DNA from: Tubiluchus corallicola
Lineage: Eukaryota > Animalia > Priapulida
Assembly: GCA_030141605.1 (NCBI GenBank)
Contig: JAQGDQ010001467.1
Span: forward strand, 1-39,441
DNA length: 39,441 nucleotides
Reading direction: 5' to 3'
Within the stretch, counting starts at the first letter, position 1, and the number at the start of each line of letters is the position of its first letter. Of this stretch, positions 34,106 to 39,441 are shown piece after piece. Below the pieces are notes generated by a model. The model saw only the letters and a list, made by a program, of their open reading frames with translations. It was not told the origin of the DNA and made no database searches. Position numbers and translations under genes: made by a program.

Positions 34106-36460
34106 ATAAACAACTAGAACTAATGGCGAATCTTGAAATTTTGGTTCTTTTATTTAACTGCAATTTCAATTTGGCAGCTGATAAACAACTAGAACTAGTG
34201 GCAAATCTTGAAATTTGGTTCTTTTATTTAACTGCAATTTCAATTTGGCAGCTGATAAACAACTAGAACTAGTGGCGAATCTTGAAATTTGGTTCTTTTA
34301 TTTAACTGCAATTTCAATTTGGCAGCTGATAAACAACTAGAACTAGTGGCGAATCTTGAAATTTGGTTCTTTTATTTAATTGCTATTTCAATTTGGCAGC
34401 TGATAAATAACTAGAACTAGTGGCAAATCTTGAAATTTGGTTCTTTTATTTAATTGATGTTTCAATGTGACAGCTGATAAGCAACTAGAACTAGTGGCAA
34501 ATCTTGAAATTTGGTTCTTTTATTTAACTGCAATTTCAATTTGGCAGCTGATAAACAACTAGAACTAGTGGCGAATCTTGAAATTTGGTTCTTTTATTTA
34601 ACTGCAATTTCAATTTGGCAGCTGATAAACAACTAGAACTAGTGCAATCTTGAAATTTGGTTCTAAACACACAAAACACAAACACAACTGAAATTTGGTT
34701 CTTTTATTTAATGATTTCAATTGACAGCTGATAAACAACAGAACTAGTGGCAAATCTTGAAATTTGGTTCTTTATTTAACTGCAATTTCAATTTGGCAGC
34801 TGATAAACACTAGAACTAGTGCGAATCTTGAAATTTGGTTCTTTATTTAACTGCAATTTCAATTTGGCACAAAGCGAATCTTGAAATTTGGTTCTTTTAT
34901 TTAACTGCAATTTCAATTTGGCAGCTGATAAACAACTAGAACTAGTAGCGAATCTTGAAATTTGGTTCTTTTATTTAATTGATGTTTCAATGTGACAGCT
35001 GATAAGCAACTAGAACTAGTGGCAAATCTTGAAATTTGGTTCTTTTATTTAACTGCAATTTCAATTTGGCAGCTGATAAACAACTAGAACTAGTGGCGAA
35101 TCTTGAAATTTGGTTCTTTTATTTAACTGCAATTTCAATTTGGCAGCTGATAAACAACTAGAACTAGTGGCGAATCTTGAAATTTGGTTCTTTTATTTAA
35201 CTGCAATTTCAATTTGGCAGCTGATAAACAACTAGAACTAGTGGCAAATCTTGAAATTTGGTTCTTTTATTTAATTGATGTTTCAATGTGACAGCTGATA
35301 AGCAACTAGAACTAGTGGCAAAACAAACCAACAACACAAACACTAGAACTAGTGCAAATCTTGAAATTTGGTTCTTTCATTTAACTGCAATTTCAATTTG
35401 GCAGCTGATAAACAACTAAAACTAGTGGCCAATCTTGAAATTTGGTTCTTTTATTTAATTGCAATTTCAATTTGGCAGCTGATAAACAACTAGAACTAGT
35501 GGCAAATCTTGAAATTTGGTTCTTTTATTTAATTGATGTTTCAATGTGACAGCTGATAAGCAACTAGAACTAGTGGCAAATCTTGAAATTTGGTTCTTTC
35601 ATTTAACTGCAATTTCAATTTGGCAGCTGATAAACAACTAGAACTAGTGGCGAATCTTGAAATTTGGTTCTTTTATTTAACTGCAATTTCAATTTGGCAG
35701 CTGATAAACAACTAGAACTAGTGTCGAATCTTGAAATTTGGTTCTTTTATTTAATTGCTATTTCAAGTTGGCAGCTGATAAACAACTAGAACTAGTGGCA
35801 AATCTTGAAATTTGGTTCTTTTATTTAATTGATCTTTCACTGTGACAGCTGATAAACAGCTAGAACTAGTGTCGAATCTTGAAATTTGGTTCTTTTATTT
35901 AATTGATGTTTCAATGTGACAGCTGATAAACAACTAGAACTAGTGGCGAATCTTGAAATTTGGTTCTTTCATTTAACTGCAATTTCAATTTGGCAGCTGA
36001 TAAACAGCTAGAACTAGTCGAATCTTGAAATTTGGTTCTTTATTTAATGCATTTCAATTGCAGCTGATAAACACTAGAACTAGTGCAATCTTGAAATTTG
36101 GTTCTTTCATTTAACTGCAATTTCAATTGCAGCTGATAAACAACAAACACAACAAACAAACAACACAAGCAACTAGAACTAGTGGCGAATCTTGAAATTT
36201 GGTTCTTTCATTTAACTGCAATTTCAATTTGGCAGCTGATAAGCAACTAGAACTAGTGGCAAATCTTGAAATTTGGTTCTTTCATTTAACTGCAATTTCA
36301 ATTTGGCAGCTGGTAAACAGCTAGAACTAGTGGCAAATCTTGAAATTTGGTTCTTTCATTTAACTGCAATTTCAATTTGGCAGCTGATAAACAACTAGAA
36401 CTAGTGGCCAATCTTGAAATTTGGTTCTTTTATTTAATTGCAATTTCAGTTTGGCAGCTG
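34106..36460. repeat. 74-bp minisatellite, ~32 copies, two subtypes
   Basis: Period 74 (ATAAACAACT at 34181 and 34255). Confidence 0.97.
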
Positions 36461-37289
36461 AGCTCAATTGTTACCCCCATTTTTGGTTTAATTGTATACA
36501 ATTTGTTGTTATTGTCATAAGTTTTGTTAATCTATCCTATAAACTTAATTTCGTTGTTTTGTAAATGTATTGTATAAATTGCTTGAGTAAAAAATAAAAA
36601 ACCAAATAATAAAACCAAATGACACCCAGTAAAGTAAATAAGCGAAAGACACACCGCGCCATCTATTGAGCAGAAAATACAAACTTGACGTAAGCTGCAA
36701 TACTTTTAATTTTAACATGCGATATTAATGTACTAAGTTCAATTAGACTTACACCAATGTTTTCAATAGTAAAAATAATCAACATTACATTGACTACTCA
36801 GATTACGTAAAAGTTTTGTCATGCCATACACAACTGGGCTTATTGACAAAATAATTTCGCTGATTGCAACACCAATAACAAGTCTGGCATATTATATGAA
36901 GCCAATGTGTAACGCACATGAATCTGCTCACGTATCCACAGTTTCTTTCCTAATTAGTACTTATACACGCGTCCTAATATGGTTTCCGTCTAGATTTTAT
37001 TGTCGATTATTTTATGGTTGATGTGATGTTATCTTCCTTGCGTCAGCTTCGTCTGCAGGCTGCTTATGAAACCACGTACGCAAATCTTAATAAGTATCTT
37101 ATGATTTCATTTCATAATTTATGTATTTATTTAATTACATATAAGATGTGGGGCTACATCTTCAACTCAAGCATCAATATTGGCGATCTGTATATAATAT
37201 GAAGGCTCTCGATCTAATTCAGTGACGGGTTTACTTACTTGTGGTCCCTAGGCAAAAGTCACCAGTTGAAGACCACATGTGCCCGACAG

Positions 37290-39441
37290 TCCGGGCCCTA
37301 TGCTTATTGCACAGGGGTCCCGCACTCCGGGCCCTATGTTTATTGTACAGGGGTCCCACACTCCAGGCCCTCTGCTTATTGTACAGGGGTCCCGCACTCT
37401 GGGCCCTATGTTTATTGTACAGGGGTCCCACACTCCAGGCCCTCTGCTTATTGTACAGGGGTCCCGCACACCAGGTCCTATGCTTATTGTACAGGGGTTC
37501 CGCACTGCAGGCTCTATGCTTATTGTACAGGGGTTCCGCACTCTGGGCCCTATACTTATTGCACAGGGGTTCCGCACTCCAGGCCCTATACTTATTGCAC
37601 AGGGGTCCCACACTCCGGGCCCTATGCTTATTGTACAGGGGTCCCACACTCCAGGCTCTATGCTTATTGTACAGGGGTTCCGCACTCTGGGCCCTATACT
37701 TATTGCACAGGGGTTCCGCACTCCAGGCCCTATGCTTATTGTACAGGGGTTCCGCACTCTGGGCCCTATACTTATTGCACAGGGGTTCCGCACTCTGGGC
37801 CCTATACTTATTGTACAGGGGTTCCGCACTCTGGGCCCTATACTTATTGCACAGGGGTTCCGCACTCCAGGTCCTATGCTTATTGCACAGGGGTCCCACA
37901 CTCCAGGCCCTCTGCTTATTGCACAGGGGTCCCACACTCCAGGCCCTATGCTTATTGCACAGGGGTTCCGCACTCTGGGCCCTATGCTTATTGCACAGGG
38001 GTCCCACACTCCAGGCCCTCTGCTTATTGTACAGGGGTCCCACACTCCAGGCTCTATGCTTATTGCACAGGGGTTCCGCACTCCAGGTCCTATGCTTATT
38101 GCACAGGGGTTCCGCACTCCAGGCCCTATGCTTATTGTACAGGGGTCCCGCACTCCAGGTCCTATGCTTATTGCACAGGGGTTCCGCACTCCAGGCCCTA
38201 TGCTTATTGTACAGGGGTTCCGCACTCCAGGCTCTATGCTTATTGCACAGGGGTTCCGCACTCCAGGCCCTATACTTATTGCACAGGGGTTCCGCACTCC
38301 AGGTCCTATGCTTATTGCACAGGGGTTCCGCACTCTGGGCCCTATGCTTATTGTACAGGGGTTCCGCACTCTGGGCCCTATACTTATTGCACAGGGGTTC
38401 CGCACTCCAGGTCCTATGCTTATTGCACAGGGGTCCCACACTCCAGGCCCTATGCTTATTGCACAGGGGTCCCACACTCCAGGCCCTATGCTTATTGCAC
38501 AGGGGTTCCGCACTCCAGGCCCTATGCTTATTGTACAGGGGTCCCACACTCCAGGTCCTATGCTTATTGTACAGGGGTCCCACACTCCAGGCTCTATGCT
38601 TATTGCACAGGGGTTCCACACTCCAGGTCCTATGCTTATTGTACAGGGGTTCCGCACTCCAGGCCCTATGCTTATTGTACAGGGGTCCCACACTCCAGGC
38701 CCTATGCTTATTGTACAGGGGTCCCACACTCCAGGCCCTATGCTTATTGCACAGGGGTCCCGCACTCCAGGCTCTATGCTTATTGTACAGGGGTCCCGCA
38801 CTCCAGGCCCTATGCTTATTGTACAGGGGTCCCGCACTCCAGGCCCTATGCTTATTGTACAGGGGTCCCACACTCCAGGCCCTATGCTTATTGTACAGGG
38901 GTTCCGCACTCCAGGTCCTATGCTTATTGCACAGGGGTCCCGCACTCCAGGCTCTATGCTTATTGTACAGGGGTCCCGCACTCTGGACCCTATGCTTATT
39001 GTACAGGGGTCCCGCACTCCAGGCCCTATGCTTATTGTACAGGGGTCCCGCACTCCAGGCCCTATGCTTATTGTACAGGGGTCCCGCACTCCAGGCCCTA
39101 TGCTTATTGCACAGGGGTCCCACCCAGGCTCTATGCTTATTGTACAGGGGTCCCACTGGCCCTATGCTTATTGACAGGGGTCCCGCACTCCAGGCTCTAT
39201 GCTTATTGTACAGGGGTCCCACACTCCAGGTCCTATGCTTATTGTACAGGTCCCACTCCAGGCCCAGGCCTATGCTTATTGTACAGGGGTCCCACACTCC
39301 AGGCCCTATGCTTATTGTACAAAGGTCCCGCACTCCAGGTCCTATGCTTATTGTACAGGGGTTCCGCACTCCAGGCCCTATGCTTATTGTACAGGGGTCC
39401 CGCACTCCAGGCCCTATGCTTATTGTACAGGGGTTCCGCAC
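37290..39441. repeat. 36-bp minisatellite, ~60 copies, running off the window end (CCAGGCCCTATGCTTATTGYACAGGGGTYCCRCACT)
   Basis: Period 36. It produces the three 600-700 aa repeat ORFs on both strands. Confidence 0.98.

Noticed and set aside
34660-36170. A/C-only inserts (e.g. AAACACACAAAACACAAACACAA) inside the 74-bp array as spacers
   Set aside because: They are low-complexity and accompanied by clustered 1-bp deletions, like those at 18930-19090 and 39120-39270. Most likely consensus or assembly errors in tandem arrays.
37231-39441. Three 600-740 aa ORFs as real genes
   Set aside because: They overlap on both strands of one 36-bp array, and frame-breaking indels occur near 39120-39270. 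A stop-free unit divisible by 3 explains them.

Overview
AT-rich, repeat-dense animal genomic DNA. The 5S rRNA-like segment resembles invertebrate (lophotrochozoan-type) 5S, but that taxon call is inference. The only confidently recognisable host gene is the 3' end of EFTUD2/Snu114 (U5 116-kDa GTPase), with its last two coding exons at 1335-1442 and 2126-2221 (+). The remaining ~37 kb appear non-coding and are a mosaic of four things. (1) About nine minisatellite arrays (31, ~11-23, 69, 15/30, 17/20, 40, 26, 74 and 36 bp units) plus many microsatellites. (2) Non-autonomous DNA transposons: three copies of a ~450-bp TTAA/piggyBac-type MITE, a 283-bp hAT-type MITE with an 8-bp TSD, and older decayed elements. 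(3) Decayed LINE fragments (CR1/L2-, RTE- and RTE-X-like). (4) Pol III-derived retroposons: tRNA-headed SINEs and a 5S rRNA-headed SINE3 with a perfect 12-bp TSD. Nearly all long ORFs in the supplied track are translations of tandem repeats. No CRISPR array or prokaryotic system is present, and I see no clearly novel protein-coding system. The best leads are: the 5S-headed retroposon, whose structured body may contain an HDV-like ribozyme remnant; a minisatellite caught being born inside a dispersed repeat; a multibranched fold-back at 20.35-20.52 kb; and a tRNA-His 3' half. All alignments and folds were made by eye.
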